Source of the DNA: an uncultured Armatimonadales bacterium
Lineage (GTDB): Bacteria; Armatimonadota; Armatimonadia; Armatimonadales; Capsulimonadaceae
Length of the DNA stretch: 56,698 nucleotides
NCBI GenBank assembly: GCA_964249345.1
Contig: CAXUBO010000008.1
Span: forward strand, 1 to 56,698
Direction of reading: 5' to 3'
Shown here: positions 1-9,606 of the stretch, piece by piece
Numbering within the stretch: the stretch's first letter is position 1
Layout of the letters: each line of letters opens with the position of its first letter
Made by a program: the position numbers and the translations under genes
The notes under the pieces: generated by a model
The model's input: only the letters and a program-made list of their open reading frames with translations
Databases searched by the model: none
Told to the model about the DNA's origin: nothing

Positions 1-223
1 GTAGGGGATCGAGGGGGGGGGTAGTTCAACATAGGCGCTGCTGCTGCCGTCGCTGCTGTCGCGGCAACGAACAACGCCGACCGGACACCCCGCGCATCAT
101 TCTGATTGCGAAGAAAGCAGATGGTCAGTCGGTACAAGCCGTGCAGGACAAACAAGGACGCTCGGCGAAACTGCAACAGGCAGGGACAATCTGTTCAGCC
201 ATTCTGTTGCACCTAGCTCAACG

Positions 224-592
224 ATGCCGCAAAACGAACCTGAGAGTCAAAACAAGCCTGTGCCTCCGTACCCGACAAATCTGAGGCGCGTTCGTGAAGA
301 ACAAGCAATGATCACGCGGGCGCAGCTTATGGCCCGCTGCGGGCAGTTAGCAGCGCAAGATGAGACCAAGTATGTCACGGTCGGCAAAACTACGCTGCAT
401 GACCTGGAAGCGGGTCTGCGTCGCCCACGTCCGAATACTGCGGCCACGCTTGCCGCCGCACTAGAAACCGATCCTAAAGAGCTTTTCCCTTTTGGCCCCG
501 ATACGACCATTCCTAACCCCAAAGGTTATATTGAAGCTATTCAACCTTTCCACCGAACCGGACGCCCAAAAAAACGCCCCACCTCTCCCTAG
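224..592 (+). CDS. XRE/Cro-C1-type helix-turn-helix regulator (122 aa)
   Basis: ORF track. ITRAQLMARCGQ..VGKTTLHDLEAGLRRPRPNTAATLAAALETDPKELF reads as an HTH_XRE core. First gene of a same-strand run with the nuclease and helicase genes. Confidence 0.55.
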   Translation: MPQNEPESQNKPVPPYPTNLRRVREEQAMITRAQLMARCGQLAAQDETKYVTVGKTTLHDLEAGLRRPRPNTAATLAAALETDPKELFPFGPDTTIPNPKGYIEAIQPFHRTGRPKKRPTSP

Positions 593-720
593 TAAAAATA
601 CCTGTTTTTGTGCTTTTAGGTTCTTTACAATCACTTTGTAAACATTTAGTGCTACAATGCACACAGCCACAAGTTGCCAGGCAAATTGAACTTCGTGCGC
701 CAAAGATAGGAGCATTTGCC

Positions 721-1920
721 ATGTCCAGCGACACAGAACATACGGCTGACAAAGACCATCATCTCGCTCTTTTTAAGAAGCGCAATCATTTTGTCGTTGA
801 AGAACGCAACATCACGCCGACCGACGTTTCCCAATTCCTGCGCCTGGACTGCCCGCGCTACCTGCGGCTGCGGGCTTACCAAAAGGCCAACGGCGATGGA
901 TTCTTGTATGATAACGATGTGGCTCCGCAGGCCATCTCGCCTCTGTTGACGGCGGCAGGACTTGACTTTGAGCGCCATGCCGAACAAGCGGCTGCGGCGG
1001 CGTTCGCAAGCATCCATTGTGCCGACCCTGATGAGGAAGATATTGAGGACGCACTAAAGGCCGTAAGGGGCAATGTGCTGGTCGCCGAACACGCCCGGCT
1101 CCTGGGGAACGGGGAAACCCTGCTGCTGTTCCAGCCCCGGCTTGCGGCCCCCCTCGGCGTTTGGTCAGTTGTCGGCGATGCGGATGTGTTGCGCCTGCAC
1201 CGGGACGATGCAGGTCAGCTTCACGTCCTCATCGTGGACATCAAAGGCTCGGCGCAGGTCAAGACCGAACACCGGCTCCAAGTCGCCTTCTACGCCGAGA
1301 TGATCCGGGCGGTGCTGACCGAAGCTGCTGTCCCTGTGGCTGCGGTGAACATCGGCATTCTGTATCGGGGGCCTGCGGACGGCGGCGCGGTTCCCGGTCT
1401 GCTGCCGCTTCGTGAAGTGGCTCAAAGGAAACTTGCCAAGCGGCTGCTCGGCGTGGACGATGCGCTGCTTGAGGTCATTCATAATATGCAGGATTACACT
1501 GCCGAGGTACGGGATTTGCTTGTCGGCGACGAGGCCCAGATCGTGCAGATCGCCGAGAGGCCGTTTTCCGAGGTTCCGTACCGCCTGGGACTTAAATGCG
1601 ACGGGTGCTTGTTCAACGAGTTCTGCCTAAAAGACAGCCACGAGCGCGGCGACCTGTCCGCGATCCCCTACATTACCGACGCCCAGAAGCGCAGCCTGCA
1701 AGCCGAAGGCGTCCGCACTGTGGGCGAAGTGGCAGGGCTGATGCAGTTCGCCGAAGACGGAGATGAAGTCAATGAAGACGTGGGCAAAGACACGCTAACA
1801 CCTGCCGAGCGGCACAAGGCCCTGGTGCGCCGCCTGCTGTCAGGCAATGTCGGGCCGCACCTGGAAGAACTGGTGCTGCGGGCGCGGCGCGTGAACACGA
1901 AGCGGAGCGATGCTAGTTAG
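721..1920 (+). CDS. RecB/Cas4-like PD-(D/E)XK nuclease with Cys cluster and helix-hairpin-helix tail (resembles the N-terminal half of TM0106-type nucleases)
   Basis: ATG 721 is preceded by AGGAG (708-712); the ORF-track start at 610 is a GTG without an RBS. Motifs: LDCPRYL (N-terminal Cys), GDADVL..VDIKGS (D...DxK), QVAFY (QxxxY), CDGCLFNEFC (CX2CX5C), HhH-like DLSAIPYITDAQKRSLQAEGVRTVGEVAGL. Confidence 0.7.
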   Translation: MSSDTEHTADKDHHLALFKKRNHFVVEERNITPTDVSQFLRLDCPRYLRLRAYQKANGDGFLYDNDVAPQAISPLLTAAGLDFERHAEQAAAAAFASIHCADPDEEDIEDALKAVRGNVLVAEHARLLGNGETLLLFQPRLAAPLGVWSVVGDADVLRLHRDDAGQLHVLIVDIKGSAQVKTEHRLQVAFYAEMIRAVLTEAAVPVAAVNIGILYRGPADGGAVPGLLPLREVAQRKLAKRLLGVDDALLEVIHNMQDYTAEVRDLLVGDEAQIVQIAERPFSEVPYRLGLKCDGCLFNEFCLKDSHERGDLSAIPYITDAQKRSLQAEGVRTVGEVAGLMQFAEDGDEVNEDVGKDTLTPAERHKALVRRLLSGNVGPHLEELVLRARRVNTKRSDAS

Positions 1921-1954
1921 GAAAACACGGATCAGGACGACACGGAGGCGCAAA

Positions 1955-4900
1955 ATGACGAAAAACGATAAGCCGGGTACGAAACTCAACACTAAAACTC
2001 TGAGCTACATCCCGAACCGAGGGCGCGGGACGCTGCCGGTCTGCGATGCCCAGACGCACCCGAACCTTGTGTGCGTTCACCTCGACGTGCAGTACGACTA
2101 CGCCCATGAGCGCCTCTACCTGGTCTCGGCACGGATCACGGCGGCTGGTGATGGTCAGGAAGCCGGAGCCAGAACCTTAGTCCGCTTTTGCGAGGCCCCG
2201 CCGGACACCGCCGAAGCCGAGCGGGAACTGCTCACCGAGTTCGCCCAGCGGGTCGTGGCTGCCGTCACCGAGAAGGCCATGCCTGATGCCGAGGGAGAGC
2301 GCCGCGCTCCGCTGCACCTTGTCTTCTGGAATCGCTACACCATGCGCTTGCTGCTCGATGGGCTTGACCGTCACCGGAGCAGTCTCAGCGCCGCCGTGCC
2401 TGCCTTGTACGACCTGCTGACCCAGAAGGCCGCGTTCGCCTCGCCGACTATCACGTTCCTCGAAGATGAACTACGCCGTAAGAACCTCCCGATCCTCTGC
2501 CCGTCCTTGCAGAACGTGGCGACATTTTTGCGCTTTTCCTGGACGACCAAAGACGGCGACGACCTGCGGCACATCTTCCATGCCCGTGTGTTCGACGGCA
2601 CTGGCCGGATCGTCAGGGAAAACGGTATGGTAGACTTCTACACAAAACGCGCCCGCTATGACTCGCAACTACCGCTGGAATATGCTTATGCCGCCTGGGA
2701 CGCGCTGCCGTTGCCTGAATACGATGAAGCCGAAAAAGTTCTGCGCGACCCGTACAAGCCGTACCGCCAGGCGACGCCGGACGGGATGATCCAAATCGCA
2801 ATGGCGCGGGTGCGGGCGCTGGACTGGATTGCAGATAGCTTTTATACGGGGAAGATGCGCGGCAACCCCAAGATCGTCAAGGAGGCGTTCGACCTTGCGG
2901 CCATTGGCGCATACTGCGAGGATGCCGGGACGCTGGCCGAGGCCGTGGACGACTTCCTTTACATTGAGCGCCACACGGAGCTTGCCGAGTGGAAGAAGGA
3001 GCGCCTAACCCCGCCAGAGCAGCGCGTCTTGGCCGGAGACAGCCTTCTGGTAACGTACCATGAAGCCGACCAAGACCACGAAGCTATTGACGGTGATGAT
3101 GATGTGGCAGCGGAGGGCAAGCCGGCTCGGTTGAAGGCGAACACGATCCTGCGCCTGCGGGTCAAGCCCCAGGTCAAAGGGCTGGGCGCGGCGGACGCAC
3201 TTGACCTATTCGGCGCTCAGGTCGGCGACAGCCTCATCGTTGCGCCACGTTGGGTGGACAATACTTGGCAAAGCGAAGACGGCAAGACAGCAGCGACGCC
3301 GAGGCCGACTGCTCTGACGCCGGATCAGCTTTTGTATGAGGCCCGTGCCGAAGTTGCCCAGATCGAGCCGGGGCAAAAGTTCATCGGCCAGCCGGTGTTC
3401 GTGACGGTCAGGGTCAAGGCCAGCTTCGGCGGTGACGGCTGCTTCCTGTTCAACGCCGCCCGCGCCCAGCCGCTCCGGGACGGCGAAACGTACACGCTGG
3501 AACCCGATCCTAACTCGCCGCTGGGCAAGTGGCAGTCCGACATGGCGCAGTCTCTCTGCCGCCTGGAAAGAGCAAAGGGAAGCGACCCGCAGCGTCGGCA
3601 CGTCCTGTATGACCGCCTTGCTGGAATAAACAATGGCGGGCGTGACCGGGTGCAGCACTGGGACGAGAATGCTGAGGCCGGGCAAAACAAGTTCCTGCGC
3701 GGGCTGGACGCTCTGCGAAAAGAGGGCTTGATGCCTGACCTGCTCGGCGCGGAACTCGAAGCCGCCAAGCGCAAGCTGATTGGGCATTCCGGTGATGTGC
3801 CGCTGGTGCTGGTGCAAGGCCCGCCCGGAACCGGCAAGACTACGGCGACGGCGCTGGCGATCTTGGCCCGCGTCCAGGGAGCTTTGACGGCGGGCCTGCC
3901 GAGCCGCGTGGTGCTGTCCTGCAAAACTCATGCCGCGACAGATGTGCTGCTGGGCAAAGTTCTCGACATGCAGGATCGGCTCTGGGCTGTCCGTGACCGT
4001 CATCCGGCCTTGTTCGCCCGCCACTTCCACTCCGCCTTGCTGACCCTGCCGCTGCTGCGCCTCGCGCCCAAGACCGAGCCGCTGCCTGGTATCCGGGAGC
4101 TTGGCAAAGAGGCCAACAAGCGGCGCGGGCGGCGTCCCTGCAACTGGGACGAAGTGCAGGGCCACGCTGCTTGCATCGTCGCCGGGACGCCGGGCGGCAT
4201 TTACCGGATGGTCAAAGGCCGATGGGGGGACGACCTGTTCAGCAACCGTCTTTGTGATCTGCTGGTGCTGGACGAAGCCTCGCAGCTTTCCTTGCCGGAA
4301 GCGCTGCTGTCTGGGCTGCCGCTGCGTCCGAGCGGTCAGGTCATTGTTGGCGGCGACCCGCGCCAGATGCCACCGATCATGCAGCATGATTGGGACGAGG
4401 AGCCGCGCCAGGCTTGCCGGGAGTTCGGGGCGTTCCGGTCATTGTACGAGTTCCTGGAAGCGCAGGCCGTTCCGCAGATCAAGTTCGAGCGCAGCTTCCG
4501 CATTCACAAAGACAGTGCCGAGTTCCTGCGGCGCGAAGTATATCAGAAGGATGGCATCCCTTTCTACTCAACGAATGAGGCGACGCTGCCTGTAATCAAG
4601 CACAGTGACTCGTTCCTCGCTGCCGTGCTTGACCCGTTGCAGCCGCTCGTTGTCGTGGAGCATGACGAGGCGGGCAGCCAGAAGCGCAACCTCTTCGAGC
4701 AAAGGCTGATGTCGCCGCTGATCAACGCGCTGACCGATCCGATGGGCTACAACCTCAGTTCGCAGACGGGTCTCGGCGTCGTCGTGCCGCACCGCGCACA
4801 GCGGGGCTTGCTGCGCTCGGAGTTTCCTGGTCTTGCCACGGCGATTGACACCGTAGAGCGTTATCAAGGCGGGGAACGTGAGGTCATTCTGGTTGGCGTC

Positions 4901-5182
4901 ACCGAGAGTGACCCGGCGTACATCAAGGCATCTGGGGAGTTCCTGCTGAACCCGCACCGGGCCGTGGTCGCCTTGAGCCGGGCGACGAAGAAGACTGTGG
5001 TGGTCGCGTCGCGGTCGGTGTTCACGCTGCACACGCTGGACGACGAGCTTTTCGAGGCGGCGTGTTTGTGGAAGAACCTGCGCCGGGTTGCCTGTCCGCA
5101 CCGGCTGTGGCAGGGTGAAGTCGAGGGCCAGAAGGTCACGGTCTGGGGAAAAGAGGTAGGGGAGGGACAAGAGAATGGCTGA
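1955..5182 (+). CDS. Superfamily-1 Upf1/DNA2-like helicase (AAA_11/AAA_12 type) with an N-terminal RNase H-like region
   Basis: ATG 1955 is preceded by GGAGG (1944-1948). Walker A LVQGPPGTGKTTA; Walker B LLVLDEASQLS; GGDPRQMPPI; VERYQGGEREVILVG; VALSRATKKTVVV. The N-terminal VHLDVQYD..LYLVSARI..LHLVFWNRYT follows the pattern of the RNase H-like half of TM0106-type proteins. Confidence 0.8.
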   Translation: MTKNDKPGTKLNTKTLSYIPNRGRGTLPVCDAQTHPNLVCVHLDVQYDYAHERLYLVSARITAAGDGQEAGARTLVRFCEAPPDTAEAERELLTEFAQRVVAAVTEKAMPDAEGERRAPLHLVFWNRYTMRLLLDGLDRHRSSLSAAVPALYDLLTQKAAFASPTITFLEDELRRKNLPILCPSLQNVATFLRFSWTTKDGDDLRHIFHARVFDGTGRIVRENGMVDFYTKRARYDSQLPLEYAYAAWDALPLPEYDEAEKVLRDPYKPYRQATPDGMIQIAMARVRALDWIADSFYTGKMRGNPKIVKEAFDLAAIGAYCEDAGTLAEAVDDFLYIERHTELAEWKKERLTPPEQRVLAGDSLLVTYHEADQDHEAIDGDDDVAAEGKPARLKANTILRLRVKPQVKGLGAADALDLFGAQVGDSLIVAPRWVDNTWQSEDGKTAATPRPTALTPDQLLYEARAEVAQIEPGQKFIGQPVFVTVRVKASFGGDGCFLFNAARAQPLRDGETYTLEPDPNSPLGKWQSDMAQSLCRLERAKGSDPQRRHVLYDRLAGINNGGRDRVQHWDENAEAGQNKFLRGLDALRKEGLMPDLLGAELEAAKRKLIGHSGDVPLVLVQGPPGTGKTTATALAILARVQGALTAGLPSRVVLSCKTHAATDVLLGKVLDMQDRLWAVRDRHPALFARHFHSALLTLPLLRLAPKTEPLPGIRELGKEANKRRGRRPCNWDEVQGHAACIVAGTPGGIYRMVKGRWGDDLFSNRLCDLLVLDEASQLSLPEALLSGLPLRPSGQVIVGGDPRQMPPIMQHDWDEEPRQACREFGAFRSLYEFLEAQAVPQIKFERSFRIHKDSAEFLRREVYQKDGIPFYSTNEATLPVIKHSDSFLAAVLDPLQPLVVVEHDEAGSQKRNLFEQRLMSPLINALTDPMGYNLSSQTGLGVVVPHRAQRGLLRSEFPGLATAIDTVERYQGGEREVILVGVTESDPAYIKASGEFLLNPHRAVVALSRATKKTVVVASRSVFTLHTLDDELFEAACLWKNLRRVACPHRLWQGEVEGQKVTVWGKEVGEGQENG

Positions 5183-5450
5183 ACAGTTGTTCCCGATGGG
5201 AAGGATCGTCGCAACGCCAGGCGCGTTGGAGGTACTGGCTGAGGCGGGCAAAGAACCGGCAGAACTGCTTGACCGCCACGGGGCCGGGTTCTGGGGTGAT
5301 CTAGGCGAAGAAGACTGGAAGGCAAATGAAGAAGCGCTCCGGCAGGGCTGGCGTCTCCTCAGCAGCTACAACATCGAGGGCGAAAAAGTCTGGATCATCA
5401 CGGAGGCAGATCGCTCGGCGACGACAATCTTGAGGCCGGAGGAGTATTGA
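5175..5450 (+). CDS. Small conserved hypothetical protein (91 aa), C-terminus WIITEADRSATTILRPEEY
   Basis: The ATG overlaps the helicase stop (5175 vs 5180-5182) and GGAGGG lies upstream. The sequence matches a small family I recall from plasmids and R-M neighbourhoods (..GDWG.....N......G.RLLS.Y.....K.W.ITEADRS.TT.LLPEEY). Function unknown. Confidence 0.6.
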   Translation: MAEQLFPMGRIVATPGALEVLAEAGKEPAELLDRHGAGFWGDLGEEDWKANEEALRQGWRLLSSYNIEGEKVWIITEADRSATTILRPEEY

Positions 5451-5560
5451 GGGCCAGGGCAGGCAAAAAAGGACAGGTCGTTTTCTGAGAACGTCTGTTA
5501 CACTGTTCACATAGCTTCGACAGATGAAGTGACTCTAAATGACTGGATACAAAAACCAAT

Positions 5561-5788
5561 ATGCCCCGGCCTATCCCCAACATAAATATCGAAGTTTCTT
5601 TCACTGCACCCGATGCTGACGAAAACGATTTGCGTCAGTGGGTACGCGCCACGGAAATCTTGCTGCGAATCAAGGCGCGGCGAGACGCAAGGCTGGCTGC
5701 CGCAAGCACCATGCGCCGCACCGTTTTGACCATCTCCTTCACCTTCGATTTGGTAGATGTGCCTCATCTACTGGCGGCGGCAATTTAG
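5561..5788 (+). CDS. Small hypothetical protein (75 aa), paralog of 8954-9151, 12 nt upstream of the serine recombinase
   Basis: ORF track. Shares M.RP...I.I.....WVRATEILL with the 8954-9151 product. Confidence 0.4.
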   Translation: MPRPIPNINIEVSFTAPDADENDLRQWVRATEILLRIKARRDARLAAASTMRRTVLTISFTFDLVDVPHLLAAAI

Positions 5789-5800
5789 TCACCATATCGC

Positions 5801-7480
5801 ATGAAAGTTAGCAAGACCATGAAAAAACCAAATACTCAAAAACGCTTTGCGTTCTATTTGCGGTGCAGCAGCGATGATCAAAAGCACGGCGATTTCACTA
5901 CTATTGACACGCAGCGTGACATCAACACAAACCATATCCAAAAGCAAGGGGACTTGCTGGTCGGTGATTACGCCGATGAGGGTAAGAGCGGCACGAACTT
6001 GAACCGGCCCGACTGGAAGCGTCTCCTCGCTGACGCTCAGGCGGGCAAGTTCGATGTGGTCGTCGTTACCTACATGAGCCGCTTGGGGCGCGGCAACTCT
6101 TTCGTCATTGCGGAGTATGAGTTGCAGAACTGCGGCGTCAAGGTCGAGATGGTGCGTGAACAGTTCACCGACGATCTCGCAGGCTACATCGGGAAGACTA
6201 CGACCATTATGATGGACGGATTGTATCCAAAGATGGTCAGCCAGTGGACACGCACCAAAATGGAGCAGATGGTCGCCAACGGTTTTTTCTGCGGCGGACA
6301 GCCTCCGCTCGGCTACTGCAAGGAAGTTGTCCCCGGCTACTCGGCGACGCCGGATGGCAAAGAACCGCCCAAACAGATTATTCCCGACCCGGATCAGGCT
6401 GGGATTGTGCGTTTCGCCTTCGATCTATTCTTGACGCGGCGCAAGGTAGCCGCCGTGCGCGACTACCTCAACTCAGTGACAGGGCGGCATTACACTTCGA
6501 CCTCAGCGAAATATCTGTTGCAAAACGAGGTATATGTCGGCGATTATATTTTCGGGGACTGGCGCAAGGACGACGCACACCCGGCTATCGTGGACAAAGA
6601 AGTTTGGCTAATGGTTCAGGCGATTTTGGAAGAGCGCGTCAACAGCCGCGTCAGCCGTGAGCCGATTTCGGATGCTTACACTTACTACCTGCGTGGGCGT
6701 GTGTTTTGCCCCCATTGCGGCTGCGTGTTTACAAACAGTGCGGCAAAAGGTGGAGCCGTGCGCTACTACGAGTGCCTGCATCATGCCAAGCGTAAATCTC
6801 AATGTCCGATCCAGCGTATCAATGCCAGGGCGCTCCATGCCTCGGTTCTGCGTGAAGTTCGGCGGGCGGCAACGCATCCAACGGTTATGCACCGACGTAT
6901 TGCAGAGTCAGGCGGCTGGCAGAATGCAGGCGAGGCCCAAGTTTCTTTGCGCGGGCAGCTTGGCAAGCAGAAGCAGATGCTTGATACGCGAGCCGCAAAC
7001 TATATCAAGGCCATCGGCGAAGGGCGCAGCAGCACTTACCTGTTGGACGCGCTGGAAAAAGTCGAGGCGGAGAAGCAGGCCGTTTGTGAGCAGTTAGCGC
7101 TTGTGGAACAGGAAATCGAACTGGCAACAGTCAAGCGGCCCACGGCGGCGCAAGTTCAGGAGGTTTGGTCGGAAATGCTTGGTCTGTGGGATGAAGGAAC
7201 AGAGGAAGAGCGCCAGGAACTTGCGGCGTCGTTCGTGACACGGGTGGAAGTCAAAGAAAAAGACCGCGCCTCGATGGAATTGCAAGCAATCCCAACTGGC
7301 TACGGTCAGAAGTTCGTAACAAAGTCTCAAATGGGAGCCGCTGGTGAAGTTATCGCAATAAACCCGTCGCTCCTGAATACGCACAATTTCCCGCCCATCG
7401 AACTGGATTACGAGATTAGCAGGCCCAAGCGCGTTATGCGTCGGCAGGTCGTTATGGTCATGCACGACGCGGTAGGGTAG
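5801..7480 (+). CDS. Large serine recombinase / integrase (559 aa)
   Basis: Resolvase catalytic region FYLRCSSDDQKHGDFTTIDTQ, YADEGKSGTNLNRPDWKRLL, TYMSRLGRGN; recombinase domain; Zn-ribbon CPHCGC..YYECLHHAKRKSQCP; C-terminal coiled-coil-like region. Confidence 0.9.
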   Translation: MKVSKTMKKPNTQKRFAFYLRCSSDDQKHGDFTTIDTQRDINTNHIQKQGDLLVGDYADEGKSGTNLNRPDWKRLLADAQAGKFDVVVVTYMSRLGRGNSFVIAEYELQNCGVKVEMVREQFTDDLAGYIGKTTTIMMDGLYPKMVSQWTRTKMEQMVANGFFCGGQPPLGYCKEVVPGYSATPDGKEPPKQIIPDPDQAGIVRFAFDLFLTRRKVAAVRDYLNSVTGRHYTSTSAKYLLQNEVYVGDYIFGDWRKDDAHPAIVDKEVWLMVQAILEERVNSRVSREPISDAYTYYLRGRVFCPHCGCVFTNSAAKGGAVRYYECLHHAKRKSQCPIQRINARALHASVLREVRRAATHPTVMHRRIAESGGWQNAGEAQVSLRGQLGKQKQMLDTRAANYIKAIGEGRSSTYLLDALEKVEAEKQAVCEQLALVEQEIELATVKRPTAAQVQEVWSEMLGLWDEGTEEERQELAASFVTRVEVKEKDRASMELQAIPTGYGQKFVTKSQMGAAGEVIAINPSLLNTHNFPPIELDYEISRPKRVMRRQVVMVMHDAVG

Positions 7481-7560
7481 AGCGGCAGGCACGGAGCGCG
7501 GTATCATAGTTCCAGAGGGCGCGGCGTCCGAAACAAGGCCCGTCCCCTGGAACAACCGCC

Positions 7561-8823
7561 ATGTCAAAAAAGAAATCCACTTACACAGACCAGACTTATC
7601 CGCCTTATTTTCTGCTGGATGCGCCGCAGTACAGGGCGTACTTCGCAAGGGCCGAGCAGCAAGTCAAAGATTTGATCGCCGACTCGCCATCAGTCATCAG
7701 GTACACCACGGCGACGACGGGCGGCCAGGCCCTCACGCGGGCGGTCGCCCATCAACCGAATCCCGATCCACCTGAACACTACGATCCCGACGCCGACTTT
7801 GATGCTGATTTCGACAATGAGACTGAGCCGCCCGCCGACCGCTACGAGCCGTTCAGGACCCTCACGGCGGGATGGGCGGCTCTGGACATCGGCCCCGTCC
7901 GAACTTTGTATCACTTCGACCTGTTCGCAAGCACTGCGTTTTCAGAAGACGTGATGGACAGCGGCGGCTTTCCCCGTTCGCCCCATGCTACCATTCCCAG
8001 GCGTGTCGGTTCGTTCGGCAACATTCTCAGCCCGCCCGATCACGGAAGGGACTGGCTGATCTACGACATCTTCCTGGGCGATGCCCTCGCAAACTTGGGC
8101 CTGACTTGGGAAGTCATCGAGGAGGCCATGACCGATGCTTTTCTTGCCGCCCTGCCGCCCGTGTATCCGCCGCTTCTGACTGCCGCCAATGTGCCGAGGT
8201 CGCTGGCTTTCCTTCTGTGGCGGCATGATCTGGAACACTGGCGTTTTTTCCATGTCCACGGCGCGGCCATTCAGCGCGAGGCGGCGAAGATGTCCAGGCT
8301 ACTGTGGAAAACCCCCGATGGGCCAGAATTCGCGCCGATACTGGCGTCTTTAGCAAGGCGGGCCGAACCTGCACCGTGGACGCAGCCTGTCAGGGGGGCG
8401 GAGAAACTGGCAGACGAACTTCAAGAGAGGACGAAGGACAGCAGCCCCGTCATCAAGGCCGTCAACAAAGCCCTGGACGCGGCTTTGTGGGGTGGAATTT
8501 CAACCAAGACGGTCAGAACGACTGCGGCTGACTTCGTGCAGCACATCTGGAAAAACAAAATTGAGGTGAACGGGCAGCGGACGGATGAGTACAGGATGCT
8601 GCTGGCCGACATCCTGCACCACTTACCCATTGTCCGAGGGCTTCCCCCGTTGCGGCGGTTCCAAGACGCCCCGCCTAAGCAGTTCCCCGCCCAGAGCGAT
8701 GAGGCTGTTCGCAAAAGTCTCGGCCCTGTGAGGGGCAGTGAAAAAGCGTCACAGACCGCGACCGACAAGAAAGAATTTACTCCCACTGCACGGGGCAAGA
8801 CCCCCGAATCCCGTGTTCGCTAA
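7561..8823 (+). CDS. Hypothetical protein (420 aa)
   Basis: Long ORF with no competing ORF of similar size. No motif recognised. Confidence 0.5.
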   Translation: MSKKKSTYTDQTYPPYFLLDAPQYRAYFARAEQQVKDLIADSPSVIRYTTATTGGQALTRAVAHQPNPDPPEHYDPDADFDADFDNETEPPADRYEPFRTLTAGWAALDIGPVRTLYHFDLFASTAFSEDVMDSGGFPRSPHATIPRRVGSFGNILSPPDHGRDWLIYDIFLGDALANLGLTWEVIEEAMTDAFLAALPPVYPPLLTAANVPRSLAFLLWRHDLEHWRFFHVHGAAIQREAAKMSRLLWKTPDGPEFAPILASLARRAEPAPWTQPVRGAEKLADELQERTKDSSPVIKAVNKALDAALWGGISTKTVRTTAADFVQHIWKNKIEVNGQRTDEYRMLLADILHHLPIVRGLPPLRRFQDAPPKQFPAQSDEAVRKSLGPVRGSEKASQTATDKKEFTPTARGKTPESRVR

Positions 8824-8953
8824 ATGCCCTTCGAGCGCATTTTGCAAGTCCAGCCCGCCGCCGAGAACTCTGCCTTTCCGATGATCTATGATAACTCCAG
8901 CGCACCGCGCTGGGGTTATTTTTTGTCCCCAGCCTGCGCCTCGTGCAGAAACA

Positions 8954-9151
8954 ATGGCAAGACCGCGACTAAAAATCGAAATAGACATTGTTGACCCCCC
9001 GCCGTTCAGCGCGGACGCAGCGGACGGTCAAATTGTCGCAAATCAAGCCTGGGTGCGGGCGACAGAAATCCTGCTCCTGGCTCAATCCCGACTTGCCGCC
9101 CAGCAGCAGGACGCCGCACTCAGCAGTGAACAGGAAGACAAAGCCGCGTGA
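8954..9151 (+). CDS. Small hypothetical protein (65 aa), paralog of 5561-5788
   Basis: Internal ATG at 8954 gives MARPRLKIEIDIV...AWVRATEILLLAQSRLAAQ, parallel to MPRPIPNINIEV...QWVRATEILLRIKARRDARLAAA. Confidence 0.4.
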   Translation: MARPRLKIEIDIVDPPPFSADAADGQIVANQAWVRATEILLLAQSRLAAQQQDAALSSEQEDKAA

Positions 9152-9265
9152 CCGCGCCGCGACTTGACTTGCGCGGTGCGGACAGTGCAGAGACACCACA
9201 CCCAGCGGGGTTTGACGAGATATTGAAAGCGTTCATTCGGGGCCGCGCAGTTGAAAGGCTTCCCG

Positions 9266-9475
9266 CTATGGCAAGCAGGGCGGTTCTGGTTGTATTTTTT
9301 TCTCGCCTGGTTTGATTATAAATTCATGGCTTTTTTCAGGCTTGTTTTCGTGGCCTCCCTCTGCGAGATCGGCGACCGAAATGTTTAGCTGTTGACGGCG
9401 CTGCCGGATACGTCTCCCCGTTTTAAGGCGGACGGCGCTGGCGCTATCGGTAGCATAGGGTGTAAACTCTTTCAT
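9266..9475 (-). CDS. Small ORF with partial XRE-like HTH (69 aa)
   Basis: GRRIRQRRQQLNISVADLAEG resembles the first two helices of an XRE HTH. The rest is not recognisable, so it may be degenerate. Confidence 0.3.
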   Translation of the reverse strand: MKEFTPYATDSASAVRLKTGRRIRQRRQQLNISVADLAEGGHENKPEKSHEFIIKPGEKKIQPEPPCLP

Positions 9476-9606
9476 GAAAACACTTTATCCTAACTTTAGC
9501 AAAGAATTGGGCATATGTTTCCCAAAAGGTTATGCGGCACTAAATGCGCTGATCCGCTAAACCATATTAGCGGTGCTTTCCGCAAACCTATTGCTGGCTT
9601 GCTTCT

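Noticed and set aside
1910-1954. Nuclease and helicase ORFs as one frameshifted gene
   Set aside because: The ORFs overlap in different frames if the 1910 ATG is used. However, an ATG at 1955 with a GGAGG RBS gives two clean genes separated by 34 nt. A sequencing frameshift cannot be excluded without reads or homologs.
3206-4387. 393-aa ORF on the minus strand inside the helicase gene
   Set aside because: It is antisense to a CDS with a full SF1 helicase motif set. The product is Arg/Ala/Pro/Gln-rich with no motifs. Long antisense ORFs are expected in high-GC DNA.
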